NCBI GenBank assembly: GCA_041751425.1
Contig: JBGSXL010000013.1
Location: 78,586 to 142,585, forward strand
From: Pseudohongiellaceae bacterium
GTDB lineage: Bacteria > Pseudomonadota > Gammaproteobacteria > Pseudomonadales > Pseudohongiellaceae
Direction: 5' to 3'
DNA: 64,000 nt
A program made the translations under genes and the position numbers. How positions within the stretch are numbered: the first letter of the stretch is position 1; the number at the start of each line of letters is the position of its first letter. Below are positions 30,403 to 40,889 of the stretch, piece by piece. Below the pieces are notes generated by a model, which did no database searches, was not told where the DNA came from, and saw only the letters and a list, made by a program, of their open reading frames with translations.

Positions 30403-30657
30403 TGGTAAGATTCCCGGTGATTATTAATTATTATGGTGCAGGTTTATTTAATTAGAGCTGACCCTATTCCCGAGCCTCAAGATCAGTTCCGGTATAACAA
30501 TACGTCAAGATGCTGCGGATTTCAAAAGGATTTTGTCAAAGGCTTTCAGTATCCTTACAAGAGGGAGCTTAGGCGCTACCAATAGTAACGCTTGTGAGAA
30601 CTAACGTATGCAATACCTTATGAACTGCTTATTCCAGACAACAGGGTGCCATGTGCT

Positions 30658-31683
30658 TCAAGCAAGGCGCGCTATGAATACTGCACGGCGGGGCGCAGGC
30701 AGCCCTTCTATGGTTAGAGAACTATCGTCCGGGTCCAGTCCGTCCTGCAATGACTGAAACGGCATCCATGCAGTTGCGCGCTGTTCTTCCACAGATGTGG
30801 TGCTTAAGTCGACAAGACGTATATCGCTGAAACCGCAACGCCGCAACCAGGATTCAGTGGTCGCACACGAAGAAAGAAACCAGACGTTTGACATACGGCA
30901 ATAGCGTTCCTCCGGCAGCAACGCATAGCCGTCCGGGCCGTCCACAACCAGCGTTTCCAGTATCAGTTCGCCACCTTTGCGTAACATCGACTTCAGTTCC
31001 AGTAAGTGATCCAGCGGTGAGCGACGATGATAGAGAACCCCCATGGAGAATACGGTATCAAACGCACCCAGCGCGGGAGGCATGCGCTCCATGGTAATCG
31101 GCAGCACGAACACGGGTGTTGCAGGTACAAAGCGTTTTACCATTGCGAACTGCATAACATAAGGTAGATGTGGCTCGATACCAATCACTAACCGTGCCTG
31201 CTCGCCCAGCATACGCAAACAGTGATAACCGCTGCCACAACCTACATCAAGTACTGTGCGGCCAGCCAGCGGGCTGATATGTGCCTGCAGGCGTTGCCAT
31301 TTCATGTCGGAGCACCACTCGGTATCAATATCAATATCGAACAGGTTGAAAGGGCCTTTGCGCCAGGGGATAAGCGCCTGTAAATTTTTCAGTAGTTGGG
31401 CGCGTTCTTCCGCGGTAGCGTCACAGCTCTTGCCAATTCGCACTTGCGATTGGAGGTCTACAATACTGGCTTGTAAGCGCGGAGTGGACTCCAGCAATTG
31501 CAGCCACTCATTCAGTTTGCCGTGCCTGAGGCTGCGTAGAAAGTCAGTGCTGGCAAACTCCTGCAGGCCTGCCAATGGGGTATCAGCCACCAGTGAGTTG
31601 AATTGCTGACTGGCCAGCGGGTCCAGTGTGTCGGGTAAATTCATGACAATTTTCTTCGGCAGAGAGTGAGCATTTTTATGCAC
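30658..31683 (-). CDS. cmoB: tRNA U34 carboxymethyltransferase
   Basis: LIPWRKGPF..IDTEW.SD.KW and VLDVGCGSGYH motifs, downstream of cmoA. An alternative start is ATG 31644. Confidence 0.9.
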   Translation of the reverse strand: MHKNAHSLPKKIVMNLPDTLDPLASQQFNSLVADTPLAGLQEFASTDFLRSLRHGKLNEWLQLLESTPRLQASIVDLQSQVRIGKSCDATAEERAQLLKNLQALIPWRKGPFNLFDIDIDTEWCSDMKWQRLQAHISPLAGRTVLDVGCGSGYHCLRMLGEQARLVIGIEPHLPYVMQFAMVKRFVPATPVFVLPITMERMPPALGAFDTVFSMGVLYHRRSPLDHLLELKSMLRKGGELILETLVVDGPDGYALLPEERYCRMSNVWFLSSCATTESWLRRCGFSDIRLVDLSTTSVEEQRATAWMPFQSLQDGLDPDDSSLTIEGLPAPRRAVFIARLA

Positions 31684-32437
31684 TGATTTTTTTCACCGCA
31701 ACCAGCGATGCAAAATTGAAACACTGAAACCATACATCGCAGGATTCGAAACCCGCCTTCAGTAGCCGACGCTTGTGCGCATCGATTGTCTCCGGCAGCA
31801 ATACTTTTTCCAGCGCCGCGCGCTTCTGGCTGATCTCCAATTGCGAGTATCCCTGAACTTGTTTGAACTGATGATACATGTCGATGAACAGGTCATTCAG
31901 TTCCGCCTGTGGGAACAGGATTTTCTCCGACAGCACGAGAATGCCGCCAGGGTTCAAGCTGCTGCAGATTTTCTCCAGCAGCGCATCGCGTTGTTCAGGT
32001 GCGATGAACTGGAGCGTAAAATTCAGCACCACCACGGAGGCATTCTGCATTGGCATGGTGATGATATCGTCACACAAAATATGAAGGCGTTCGTTCGTCG
32101 CAGCGGGAAGCGGGGGGGGCACTGCGTTCAGTGCGGCGTTGAACTGGCTGATCATGGCAGGTGAGTTGTCTATGGCGTACAGCGTGAAATCCTGATCCTC
32201 CAGATGCTGCGCCATTGCCAGTGTGGCAGCTCCTAAGGAGCAGCCGAGGTCGTAGATATTGGAGCCTGCGGTGCAGTAGCGTTGTGCGAGCATGCCAATC
32301 ATCGAAATGATGGTGGCATAACCAGGAACTGACCGGTTGATCATATCGGTGAAAACGGCCGCGACTTTTTCATCGAATACGAAATCCGAGATAGTCTGCG
32401 TGTTGGCGTAGATCTTATCTTTGCGAGTTTCACGCAT
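31676..32437 (-). CDS. cmoA: carboxy-S-adenosyl-L-methionine synthase
   Basis: FDEKVAAVFTDMINRSVPGY, the SAM motif (IYDLGCSLGAAT) and pairing with cmoB. Confidence 0.9.
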   Translation of the reverse strand: MRETRKDKIYANTQTISDFVFDEKVAAVFTDMINRSVPGYATIISMIGMLAQRYCTAGSNIYDLGCSLGAATLAMAQHLEDQDFTLYAIDNSPAMISQFNAALNAVPPPLPAATNERLHILCDDIITMPMQNASVVVLNFTLQFIAPEQRDALLEKICSSLNPGGILVLSEKILFPQAELNDLFIDMYHQFKQVQGYSQLEISQKRAALEKVLLPETIDAHKRRLLKAGFESCDVWFQCFNFASLVAVKKISA

Positions 32438-32470
32438 CGGATACGCTCTTGCTGAATAGACCTCGAATTA

Positions 32471-32905
32471 TCACTGCGTTTGCACTACTTCGGTTGCGGC
32501 GCTGTAACCTGCCGCTGCCAGCGCTGTACGAATCCTGTTTGCGGTTTGCAACTGTACGGCGTCATCGCGCTCCCGGGCAAGAGAGAAATCCAGATCGGTC
32601 AGCGCATTGATAGGAAAAAGATGCATGTGTGCGTGGCGCACTTCCAGTCCGGCGATCATCATGCCAATCTTCGCGCAGGGGAAAAGGCTCCGCAGTGTGC
32701 GAGAGATATTCTGTGCCACGATGAACATATGAGCACTCACAGCTTCCGGTATGTCATCCCAGAAATCGATTTCAGCGTGCGGTATCAACAGAACATGCCC
32801 CTCGCGAATCGGCTTCAGTGTAAGAATGCAATAGCAGTGCTCATCCTGCCAGAGCACATGCCCAGGCAAGCTGCCTTTGACGATTTGGGTGAAGATGCTG
32901 CTCAT
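32471..32905 (-). CDS. HIT-family (histidine triad) protein
   Basis: Histidine triad (HAHMHLFP). The start is at internal ATG 32905. Confidence 0.8.
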   Translation of the reverse strand: MSSIFTQIVKGSLPGHVLWQDEHCYCILTLKPIREGHVLLIPHAEIDFWDDIPEAVSAHMFIVAQNISRTLRSLFPCAKIGMMIAGLEVRHAHMHLFPINALTDLDFSLARERDDAVQLQTANRIRTALAAAGYSAATEVVQTQ

Positions 32906-33099
32906 GTGTGATCTGCCTGAAATACCTGTCTTAAAAATAGTCTGTGGGAGCAATGCGCTGTATTATGCGCTTATTCACACTACTTTTGAATTGACCTCAG
33001 GGATGAATAAATCCGGGGGGTGAATTAATCCAAAGACCCGGGGCAGCACAACATCCCGAGACAGAACTATCCAGAGACTGCGCTATCCAGAGACACACT

Positions 33100-33819
33100 A
33101 TGCCAGGCAGTACGCCACAATTGCTGGAACGAAGTACCGCACTGCCCTTCGCGTACCGTGTAGTGCGGGCTGCGCGGAAAACGCTGGCTGTATATGTGCA
33201 TGATGCACGGGTGGAGGTTCGTGCGCCAAAACACACCAGCGATGCGGAGATAAGCGAGTTTATCCACAAGCATCTGCGCTGGATCAACCGTAAGCTGGCT
33301 TACAAGGCAGACCAGGCGCAGCAAATGCTGACAGTGGAGCATGGGGGGCTGATTTTCTACAAAGCGAAAAACCTGCGCATAGTGTTTGTGGAAGCCGGTA
33401 ATGATGACGTGGTAGTGACGCCAACTGAATTTATCATTCAGGGTCGCAAGCTGGATGCAAAGCGCGCCAGAAAAATAATGGAGAGCTGGTTGCTGCAACA
33501 GGCAAAGTCCTGGTTGCCGGGCCGCACGCACGCACTGGCTGAACACATGCGCGTGGGTCACAAACTGAAAGAAGTAGTTTTTCGCAAGACCAAAACCAAA
33601 TGGGGGCATTGCACAGCGTCAGGTCGCATTCAGTATAACTGGCTCATCATGTTGGCACCTGATGCCATCATCGATTATATGGTCTGCCATGAAACCTGCC
33701 ATTTGCAGCAGATGAACCATTCGAAAAAATACTGGCAATTAGTAGCTACGGTATGTCCGGAATATCGTTTTTACATCAAATGGCTGAAGCAACACGAACA
33801 TCGATTCTGGCCCGAGTAA
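33100..33819 (+). CDS. YgjP-like M48/DUF45 metal-dependent hydrolase
   Basis: KTKWGHC and the HExxH motif (VCHETCHL). Confidence 0.8.
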   Translation: MPGSTPQLLERSTALPFAYRVVRAARKTLAVYVHDARVEVRAPKHTSDAEISEFIHKHLRWINRKLAYKADQAQQMLTVEHGGLIFYKAKNLRIVFVEAGNDDVVVTPTEFIIQGRKLDAKRARKIMESWLLQQAKSWLPGRTHALAEHMRVGHKLKEVVFRKTKTKWGHCTASGRIQYNWLIMLAPDAIIDYMVCHETCHLQQMNHSKKYWQLVATVCPEYRFYIKWLKQHEHRFWPE

Positions 33820-33828
33820 GAACAGCAC

Positions 33829-33861
33829 ACGACCAGAAGACGACCAGAAGACGACCAGAGG
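33829..33861. repeat. 3 x 11-nt tandem repeat ACGACCAGAAG (third copy has A->G at position 10)
   Basis: Read directly in the 59-nt gap between the convergent ygjP-like and TRAP permease genes. A partial fourth copy (ACG) follows. Confidence 0.9.
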
Positions 33862-33878
33862 ACGCTGCCAGCGCTGAA

Positions 33879-35885
33879 TCAGGCAGCTGCCACCGAGCGA
33901 CGCTTTAACACCGTAGCCGCCAGACCAATCACGAGAAACACCAGGCTACCGCCAATCAATGCAAATTGATTGAAGTCGTATATTCCCCCGGAAGGAACAG
34001 CCAGCAATAAACCAGCAATACATACTGCTGTGCGCGCCAACAACCCTGCCTTACCATCACCCAGACGCCCGAAACCCAGCAAATATCCCTGCAATGCCGC
34101 CGACACCAGTGCTACACCGAGCAAAGCAGTTGCAATCACTTCGATAATTTCAAGCGGCGACCCCTGCAACAACATGGCCGGGTTGAACACAAAGAAAAAT
34201 GGAATGAAATAAATAATAGCGCCAAGTCGCATAGCTTCCCAGCCGGCGCGCATGGCTGACACCTGCGCAACCGATGCAGCTGCAAAAGCCGCTAACGCAA
34301 CAGGCGGCGTGATGAAGCTGAGCATGCCCCAGTACATGATGAACATGTGCGAAGCCAACGGATCAAGGCCGGCATTAACCAACGCAGGTGCCAGCACAAT
34401 TGCCAGGAAAATGTAGGCAGCGGTCACGGTCATGCCAATGCCCAACACGAAACTGGTTGCCGCACCCATGATCAACAATACCAGCACATTATCACCAGCC
34501 AGATACACCAGATCATTCGCCAGCGTGCCAGCCATGCCGGTGACAGCCAGCGCACCGATGATTAGACCAATGGCTGCCAGAATGCCCGCCAGCTCCGCCA
34601 TCAGGCGTCCGGTAGCCGCAACCAGCAGCATGAATTTCTCCAGTGACAGTTTGTGCGACGTGAATTGATTGATGACCAACAATAACCCGGTTGCAAAGAA
34701 TGGTGCTGTCGCTTCACGCTGCATATAGACCAATAGCCAGATGAGCGTCACGAATACTGCAATGAAATACCAGCCTTCGCGAAACACTTTGCCAAGTCGC
34801 GGCAGCTCTTCTTTCGGCAGACCCTTCAGATTGTTACGCGCGGAGTATGCATCGATCTGAATAAACAGTCCGAAGAAATACAGCAGAGATGGCACGATGG
34901 CAGCAATCGCAATGGTGACATAACTCACATTCAGGAAGCTGGCCATCACGAAGGCTGTAGCACCCATAATGGGCGGCATCATCACGCCGCCGGTAGAGGC
35001 GCAGGCTTCAACGCCTGCGGCATAACCCCGCGCGAAACCGACCCGGCGCATTGCCGGGATAGTCAGTGGTCCGGTAGTCAGCACATTCGTCACGGGACCA
35101 CCACTCATGGAGCCCATCAGGCCGCTGGAGAAAATTGCCACCTTGGCAGGACCACCGCGCATATGACCGAGAAGCGCAAACGCCAGATTGATGAAAAACG
35201 GACCGCCACCGGTGTATTGCAAGGAAACACCGAACAGCAGAAATCCGAACACGAGCATGGCGAAGGACTGCATCGGAATACCGAACAAACTTTCTTCGCC
35301 CAGAATGTGGAATATCGCCACGTCCTGGATGGGCATGCCGATACCGGCTACTACATCGGGCATTCTGTCGGCGTAAATGGGATACAGAGAAATAGTCAGC
35401 ACGATAAAGAAAATGGGCCAGCCACCGGCGCGACGACCTGCTTCCAGGATGATGCCCCAGGTAATCATGGCCAGCCACACACCTATGGGTGGTGCTGCGT
35501 ATTCCCATGCTTCCAGAACAATACGCTCTGCGAACCACGCGTAATAAATAAAGATCACCGCGATCACGGCCATGATGACCTTGTCGTACCAAGGGATGTA
35601 TTCCAGGTTGTTGCGGTTGGACGGGAACGTGATAAATACCATGGTCAACATGAAGCCGGTTATCAAGTACAGATAGCGGCTGTCCAGCATCACGATGTCC
35701 ATCATGAAGCCGAGGTTGAAGATCTGGTTAATAGCCAGGAAAGTTGAGACAGCCGTCAGCGTTGCCATCACTGCACGCCAGCGCATGCTCAGTACACGGT
35801 AGCGGCCGATCAGCGGAAGATCGTCATCGCCATCCAGGGGTGTTTTAAGTGGAATTTCTACTGAGGGCTGGTTGCTGTTGCTCAT
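33879..35885 (-). CDS. TRAP transporter fused 4TM/12TM permease (TAXI-type)
   Basis: A 668-aa polytopic membrane protein immediately downstream of a TAXI-type binding protein. Confidence 0.85.
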   Translation of the reverse strand: MSNSNQPSVEIPLKTPLDGDDDLPLIGRYRVLSMRWRAVMATLTAVSTFLAINQIFNLGFMMDIVMLDSRYLYLITGFMLTMVFITFPSNRNNLEYIPWYDKVIMAVIAVIFIYYAWFAERIVLEAWEYAAPPIGVWLAMITWGIILEAGRRAGGWPIFFIVLTISLYPIYADRMPDVVAGIGMPIQDVAIFHILGEESLFGIPMQSFAMLVFGFLLFGVSLQYTGGGPFFINLAFALLGHMRGGPAKVAIFSSGLMGSMSGGPVTNVLTTGPLTIPAMRRVGFARGYAAGVEACASTGGVMMPPIMGATAFVMASFLNVSYVTIAIAAIVPSLLYFFGLFIQIDAYSARNNLKGLPKEELPRLGKVFREGWYFIAVFVTLIWLLVYMQREATAPFFATGLLLVINQFTSHKLSLEKFMLLVAATGRLMAELAGILAAIGLIIGALAVTGMAGTLANDLVYLAGDNVLVLLIMGAATSFVLGIGMTVTAAYIFLAIVLAPALVNAGLDPLASHMFIMYWGMLSFITPPVALAAFAAASVAQVSAMRAGWEAMRLGAIIYFIPFFFVFNPAMLLQGSPLEIIEVIATALLGVALVSAALQGYLLGFGRLGDGKAGLLARTAVCIAGLLLAVPSGGIYDFNQFALIGGSLVFLVIGLAATVLKRRSVAAA

Positions 35886-35953
35886 AGGTTTGGTCTTGAA
35901 ATAATGAAATTCTTGTTATGGTTGTTTTTAGTTCCAACTGGAGTACTTGTGCC

Positions 35954-37159
35954 TTACTGTGAATCTGCCAGCGTGATAAGGCCTGCTGCATCCAGCACTT
36001 CTTCACGATAAGCAAGCCAGCCGCTTTCAAAAGCCTGGAAATCTTCCGGTCCGGTTGGCTCGTATTCAGCCCAGGCTGCAGCGAGCACCCGCTGCCGATT
36101 GAGATTGGCCTGCTGCGTTGCTTCTGCGGCATCAGTCCAGACGCCGATCTCGCGAAAATAACGCACCGCGGCATCGTGATAGGGAATGAAAGCATTTTCC
36201 AGTTGCTGCAGATCCATGCGCCAACCCATCGCACCGGGGGCATTGTCCCTGTACTCGTCGTAATGCTCATGCATCACTTTAATCAGGTTATAGACGGTAG
36301 CGTCCTCCGCATCGTCCATGGCGACCAGCAACGGATAGGCCGACGTGAATACCTGAATGCCTTCTGGTGGAATAGTTGGGCCTTCGGTGGCGATATGTGG
36401 CACATACCATGGCAGGCGCGAGCGTACCCGGGCAACCGCTTCGGTGTCTTCAGGCGGAAAGCTGACAAACTTCAAGCCGCGCGGTGAGGCTTCAAGGCGT
36501 AACCATGGCGGCGAGTTGCAGGCACCACCAGCCGCGTCAGCACGATCATTGACCACAGCTTCGATAGAGGCGTTGTAGCCACCCACTTCTACAATGGTCA
36601 CATCATCCCAGCCGAGATTGGCGTAGGACATCAGCGCCGTGCTGGCGTTGTTTAAAGAAGGAGCGCCTTGTACCCAGGTGACGCGTTTGCCGCGCAGATC
36701 ATCGATGCTATTGATATTGGCATCTGCTGCAGTGGCGAACGTAAAGGAGCAGCTTTCGGAGTAGTTGGAGAGCAGGGCGCGGATGGGTTGCGGGCCCCAG
36801 ATTTTCGCGGCGAAGTTCAGAATGCCTTCCTGAGCATAGACCGCCTCAGAACCACCGGCAGAAAAGTTGACCCGACCTGCACGCAGAGTTGCGAGACGTG
36901 ATACATCATTACGGCCGGGTACCACACGCAGGTTGACCTGATAGTCACGCTGCAGAATGCTGCCTATGGCAACAGCCTGGCTATAGCCACCCGTGCCGGT
37001 AGGGTAGGCGGACCAGGCGATGGTGCGTGGCAGGTCAATAACGGCTGAACGGGCAGAAGCATCATCGCGACCACACCCCGACAGCGTCAGAAAACCAGCC
37101 AGAATTAGCAGGGATTTGCCGGGCAAAAAAAAGCGGGTGGAATTGATACGGGTGAACAT
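35954..37159 (-). CDS. TAXI-family TRAP transporter solute-binding protein
   Basis: Lipoprotein-like signal (LTLSGCG) and overall TAXI-like pattern (NFSAGGSEAVYAQEG); paired with the fused permease. Confidence 0.8.
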   Translation of the reverse strand: MFTRINSTRFFLPGKSLLILAGFLTLSGCGRDDASARSAVIDLPRTIAWSAYPTGTGGYSQAVAIGSILQRDYQVNLRVVPGRNDVSRLATLRAGRVNFSAGGSEAVYAQEGILNFAAKIWGPQPIRALLSNYSESCSFTFATAADANINSIDDLRGKRVTWVQGAPSLNNASTALMSYANLGWDDVTIVEVGGYNASIEAVVNDRADAAGGACNSPPWLRLEASPRGLKFVSFPPEDTEAVARVRSRLPWYVPHIATEGPTIPPEGIQVFTSAYPLLVAMDDAEDATVYNLIKVMHEHYDEYRDNAPGAMGWRMDLQQLENAFIPYHDAAVRYFREIGVWTDAAEATQQANLNRQRVLAAAWAEYEPTGPEDFQAFESGWLAYREEVLDAAGLITLADSQ

Positions 37160-37359
37160 CGCTATCGGGTCTCCGCAATGACGTGCTTTTCTTGTTATGT
37201 CTGAGTGAGGCTAACAGATGCTGCCAGCTCGTGACCGAAGCATACCGCAGCTATTCGGCTAATGCCATTGAGGGCCATGTAAGGTTAACGCAAGAGGATT
37301 GTAGTTTAACGAATTGGAAGCTGGAGGATTCCCGGTGGTCGTAAAGTGACAGATGAAGT

Positions 37360-38094
37360 TCAGGGTTTGCGGAATTGCAAATCCCACACCGCGTGCCCAA
37401 GTCGCTGACCACGCTTCTCGAATTTGGTGGATTGGCGTCTGCTGCTGTCGCTATATTGCTGCGGGCCTGCTGCATTGACCAGGCGGGGGGTGTCGTTTGC
37501 AGCCGCAGATTTTTCCTGATCGCTGAGTGTCAGCATCATATGCTCTGCGTACGGCTGCCAGTCTGTTGCCAGGTGTAACAAGCCACCGGGTTTGAGACGA
37601 TTAATCAGCAACTCTAGGAATTCCGTCTGGATGAGCCTGCGTTTGTGATGACGCTTTTTATGCCAGGGGTCCGGAAAGAAAATCTGCACCACATCCAGAG
37701 AGTTCTCCGCAAAGCAATCCCGCAGGATTTCTTTGGCATCGTGGCAATACAGGCGCAGATTACTAATCTGGTTTTTCTCGATGTCATCCAGCAGTTTGCC
37801 GACACCTGGTCGGTGCACTTCAATGCCGATAAAATCCTGCTGCGGGTTCTCCATGGCCATCGCGGCCAGTGAGCTGCCCATGCCGAAACCGATCTCCAAA
37901 ACCAATGGCGCGGTTCTGCCAAACACTGCAAATGCATCGAACGGTTCATTGACAATATCAATGCCATACTTTGGCCAATAATTTTCCAGCGCATGCTGCT
38001 GTGAAGGCGTCAGGCGCCCGCCTCGAATCACATAGCTGCGAATAGTGCGCATGAATTGAGCGGCAGGTGCGGAGTCGTTCTCGGGGGTTGTCAT
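37360..38094 (-). CDS. trmB: tRNA (guanine46-N7)-methyltransferase
   Basis: LEIGFGMG and FPDPWHKKRHHKRR motifs; thiG-trmB context. Confidence 0.9.
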   Translation of the reverse strand: MTTPENDSAPAAQFMRTIRSYVIRGGRLTPSQQHALENYWPKYGIDIVNEPFDAFAVFGRTAPLVLEIGFGMGSSLAAMAMENPQQDFIGIEVHRPGVGKLLDDIEKNQISNLRLYCHDAKEILRDCFAENSLDVVQIFFPDPWHKKRHHKRRLIQTEFLELLINRLKPGGLLHLATDWQPYAEHMMLTLSDQEKSAAANDTPRLVNAAGPQQYSDSSRRQSTKFEKRGQRLGHAVWDLQFRKP

Positions 38095-38096
38095 GC

Positions 38097-38885
38097 TCAG
38101 AAAAAAGTTCCATCGATGGGGGAGGATGCGCTGGCGTAAAGTTTTCGTGGCATTCGACCGGCAAGAAACGCCTGGCGTCCGGCAATAACCGCGTGCTTCA
38201 TCGCTTGTGCCATCAACACTGGATTCTGCGCCTCGGCAATGGCGGTGTTCATCAGCACACCCTCACAGCCCAGCTCCATTGCAACTGTGGCATCTGACGC
38301 TGTTCCTACACCGGCATCGACAATGATAGGCACTCTGGCGCTCTCAAGAATCATGCGAAGATTATAAGGATTGCGAATACCCAGACCCGAACCAATAGGC
38401 GCGCCGAGCGGCATCACTGCAACGCAACCCAGTTCCTCCAGGCGCTTCGCGATCAGTGGATCATCGCTGGTGTATACCATGACATCGAAACCGTCCTTCA
38501 CCAGCTCTTCTGCGGCAATTAAAGTCTCTGTGACATTGGGGTACAGTGTCTTTTGATCGCCAAGCACTTCCAGTTTCACCAGTTTGTGACCATCCAGAAG
38601 TTCCCGCGCCATTCTGCAGGTACGCACGGCATCAGCTGCCGTATAACAACCTGCCGTATTCGGCAGGATGGTGTACTCGCGAGGTGAAATGACTTCAAGC
38701 AGATTTGGCTCATCGGGATTCTGCCCGAGATTCACACGACGAATCGCGACCGTAATCATCTCAGCTCCGCTGGCTTGCAACGCTGTCAGATTCTGTTCGA
38801 AATCACGATACTTGCCACTGCCAACAATCAGGCGGGACTGATAGGTTTTACCTGCAATGGTTAATGGTGAATCGATCTTAGTCAT
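38097..38885 (-). CDS. thiG: thiazole synthase
   Basis: GSGKY, LPNTAGC and [13 protein letters not shown] motifs. Confidence 0.95.
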   Translation of the reverse strand: MTKIDSPLTIAGKTYQSRLIVGSGKYRDFEQNLTALQASGAEMITVAIRRVNLGQNPDEPNLLEVISPREYTILPNTAGCYTAADAVRTCRMARELLDGHKLVKLEVLGDQKTLYPNVTETLIAAEELVKDGFDVMVYTSDDPLIAKRLEELGCVAVMPLGAPIGSGLGIRNPYNLRMILESARVPIIVDAGVGTASDATVAMELGCEGVLMNTAIAEAQNPVLMAQAMKHAVIAGRQAFLAGRMPRKLYASASSPIDGTFF

Positions 38886-38959
38886 CAGTTTTTCCGGAAG
38901 TGTCTAGTAAGCAGAGTATGTTCAAAAGATTAAGGTGTACCTTTGGCGCGGAATACAAA

Positions 38960-39160
38960 CTAACCGCCACCAATGGCATGCACGATTTCCAATGCATCAC
39001 CATGGCTCAGAGGATAATCATGATGTTTACTGCGGGGCAGAATCTCGCGATTCAACTCAACAGCCACTTTGACATTCGCCAAACCCAGTTGCGTCAGTAA
39101 CTCCGACAAGGTAGTTCCCGCGGGAAGCTGCATACTATCGCCATTGACGCTCAGATGCAT
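38960..39160 (-). CDS. thiS: sulfur carrier protein ThiS
   Basis: A 66-aa protein ending in GG (IVHAIGGG), immediately upstream of thiG. The start is at internal ATG 39160. Confidence 0.85.
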   Translation of the reverse strand: MHLSVNGDSMQLPAGTTLSELLTQLGLANVKVAVELNREILPRSKHHDYPLSHGDALEIVHAIGGG

Positions 39161-39161
39161 T

Positions 39162-39542
39162 TCAAAATGTCCGTGCTGCATACATGGACCAGGCAAGCAA
39201 CGCCCAGCCAGCAAGGAACATTACCCCGCCGATTGGGGTTATCGCACCAAGCCAGCGAATGCCGCTCAGGCTAAGCGCGTACAAACTGCCGGAGAAAAAC
39301 AAAATGCCTAACAGGAATAGATAACCGCTGATGCGGAGCAGGTTGTTGCCTGGGAAATGCAGCGCCAGCAAGCCAACACCAAACAACGCTAATGCGTGGT
39401 ACATATGATATTGCACGCCGGTCTGAAAAGTATTGAGCAGTTCCGGAGTGAGTGAGTTTTTTAAACTGTGAGCGGCAAAGGCGCCAAGTGTGACAGCAAT
39501 AAATCCATTCAAAGCAGCCAGTATGACAAAGGGAGTGTTCAT
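39162..39542 (-). CDS. DUF423 (YgdD-like) membrane protein
   Basis: Four hydrophobic helices and GAFAAH / HALAL patterns. The start is at ATG 39542. Confidence 0.7.
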   Translation of the reverse strand: MNTPFVILAALNGFIAVTLGAFAAHSLKNSLTPELLNTFQTGVQYHMYHALALFGVGLLALHFPGNNLLRISGYLFLLGILFFSGSLYALSLSGIRWLGAITPIGGVMFLAGWALLAWSMYAARTF

Positions 39543-39604
39543 GATTATCAGTTCCTTTTTTGTTGTGGCCAGTTTCATGTTCGAGAAGAAACAGTGCCAC
39601 CAAT

Positions 39605-39638
39605 AAAAAAGCCGCTGGATTGACCCTCGCGGCTTTTT
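39605..39638 (-). terminator. rho-independent terminator of rpoH
   Basis: A GCCGC...GCGGC stem flanked by A6/T5 runs, about 30 nt after the rpoH stop. Confidence 0.75.
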
Positions 39639-39669
39639 ATCATGACAGCGTTTGAATGTCCGTCAATTG

Positions 39670-40530
39670 TCAGGCCAGAATCATGCCTTTCACTTTGTTC
39701 ATGGCATTCTTTTCCAGTTGACGAATACGCTCGGCAGACACCTGATACTTGGCGGCCAGATCGTGCAGCGTTGCTTTCTCATCGCTCAACCAGCGGCTGG
39801 TGATGATATCTTTGCTGCGCTCGTCCAGTTGATCCATGGCCACATACAGGTCATTGGTCTTCTCTTCTTCCCACTCGGTTTCTTCAATATCGTGGGCCAG
39901 ATTGGACTGATTGTCTTCCAGATAATTAGCCGGCGCTTTGTACGCTTCATCGTCATCACTGTCCGCATCGGCGTCGAAGGACATGTCGTAGGAACTCATG
40001 CGACCTTCCATCTGGCGGACTACTTTGGCGTCAACACCCAGATCGTCGGCGACGGCCTGTGCTTCATCATTGCTCAGCCAGCCCAGGGTTTTCTTGGCGC
40101 TGCGCAGGTTGAAGAACAGTTTGCGCTGTGATTTGGTGGTCGCAATCTTGACGATACGCCAGTTGCGCAGGATAAATTCGTGCATTTCTGCCTTGATCCA
40201 ATGCACCGCGAAAGATACCAGGCGTACGCCCACTTCCGGGTTGAAGCGCTTGACCGCCTTCATCAGTCCAACGTTACCTTCCTGAATCAGGTCAGCTTGC
40301 GACAGGCCGTAGCCTGAGTAACTTTTTGCCATGTGCACAACGAAGCGCAGATGCGCCAGAACCAGCTGTCGCGCGGCATCCACATCGTCTTCATAGTAAT
40401 ACTGATTGGCTAATTCCCTTTCCTGTTCCGGCGTCAGCACAGCAATACTGTTCACTGACGCGATATAAGCCGTCAAATCACGACCCGGAACTATCGGGCC
40501 AATAACTTGTAAACTTCTTCCAGTACTCAT
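39670..40530 (-). CDS. rpoH: RNA polymerase sigma-32 factor
   Basis: [23 protein letters not shown], the RpoH box (QRKLFFNLR) and the region 4 HTH. Confidence 0.95.
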   Translation of the reverse strand: MSTGRSLQVIGPIVPGRDLTAYIASVNSIAVLTPEQERELANQYYYEDDVDAARQLVLAHLRFVVHMAKSYSGYGLSQADLIQEGNVGLMKAVKRFNPEVGVRLVSFAVHWIKAEMHEFILRNWRIVKIATTKSQRKLFFNLRSAKKTLGWLSNDEAQAVADDLGVDAKVVRQMEGRMSSYDMSFDADADSDDDEAYKAPANYLEDNQSNLAHDIEETEWEEEKTNDLYVAMDQLDERSKDIITSRWLSDEKATLHDLAAKYQVSAERIRQLEKNAMNKVKGMILA

Positions 40531-40889
40531 AATTCGCCTTTACTGCCTTTGTTCGTTAACTCTTTGTACGTTAATTGGTTGTCTATTAACAGGATAATGA
40601 TGAATAAAACCCCTGTCGTCGGCCGTGCATCATAGCGCCGGAAAAGACCGTGTTCAAGTCCCGTTTTTAGCAAAAAGCCTGTGTAGCAGCGCTACAACAA
40701 ACTCTGGCTAACCCTGGTGCTGATGCCATTTGCCTTATCTTGGGTGCGAAAATTAATATTTCAAGGGCTGGCAAATAGCGATTAGTATATGCCCTGGGCT
40801 CGCTTTCGGCTGCTGACAACAAGTTACCGAATAGATACCGACAGTATACGCCTTTCATTTCCATTAAAACGCTTTCTCCCGGAGTAAAA

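Noticed and set aside
29341-30480. Treating the Y1-transposase-like gene as an active IS200/RAYT mobile element.
   Set aside because: No flanking REP pairs, IS200-type subterminal hairpins or target duplications are visible. The only nearby hairpin is a conventional terminator shared with rpmG.
35008-35747. 194-aa ORFs on both strands inside the TRAP permease gene.
   Set aside because: They are alternative-frame or antisense ORFs within a clearly coding 668-aa membrane protein. Their composition (Arg/His-rich) is typical of off-frame translation.
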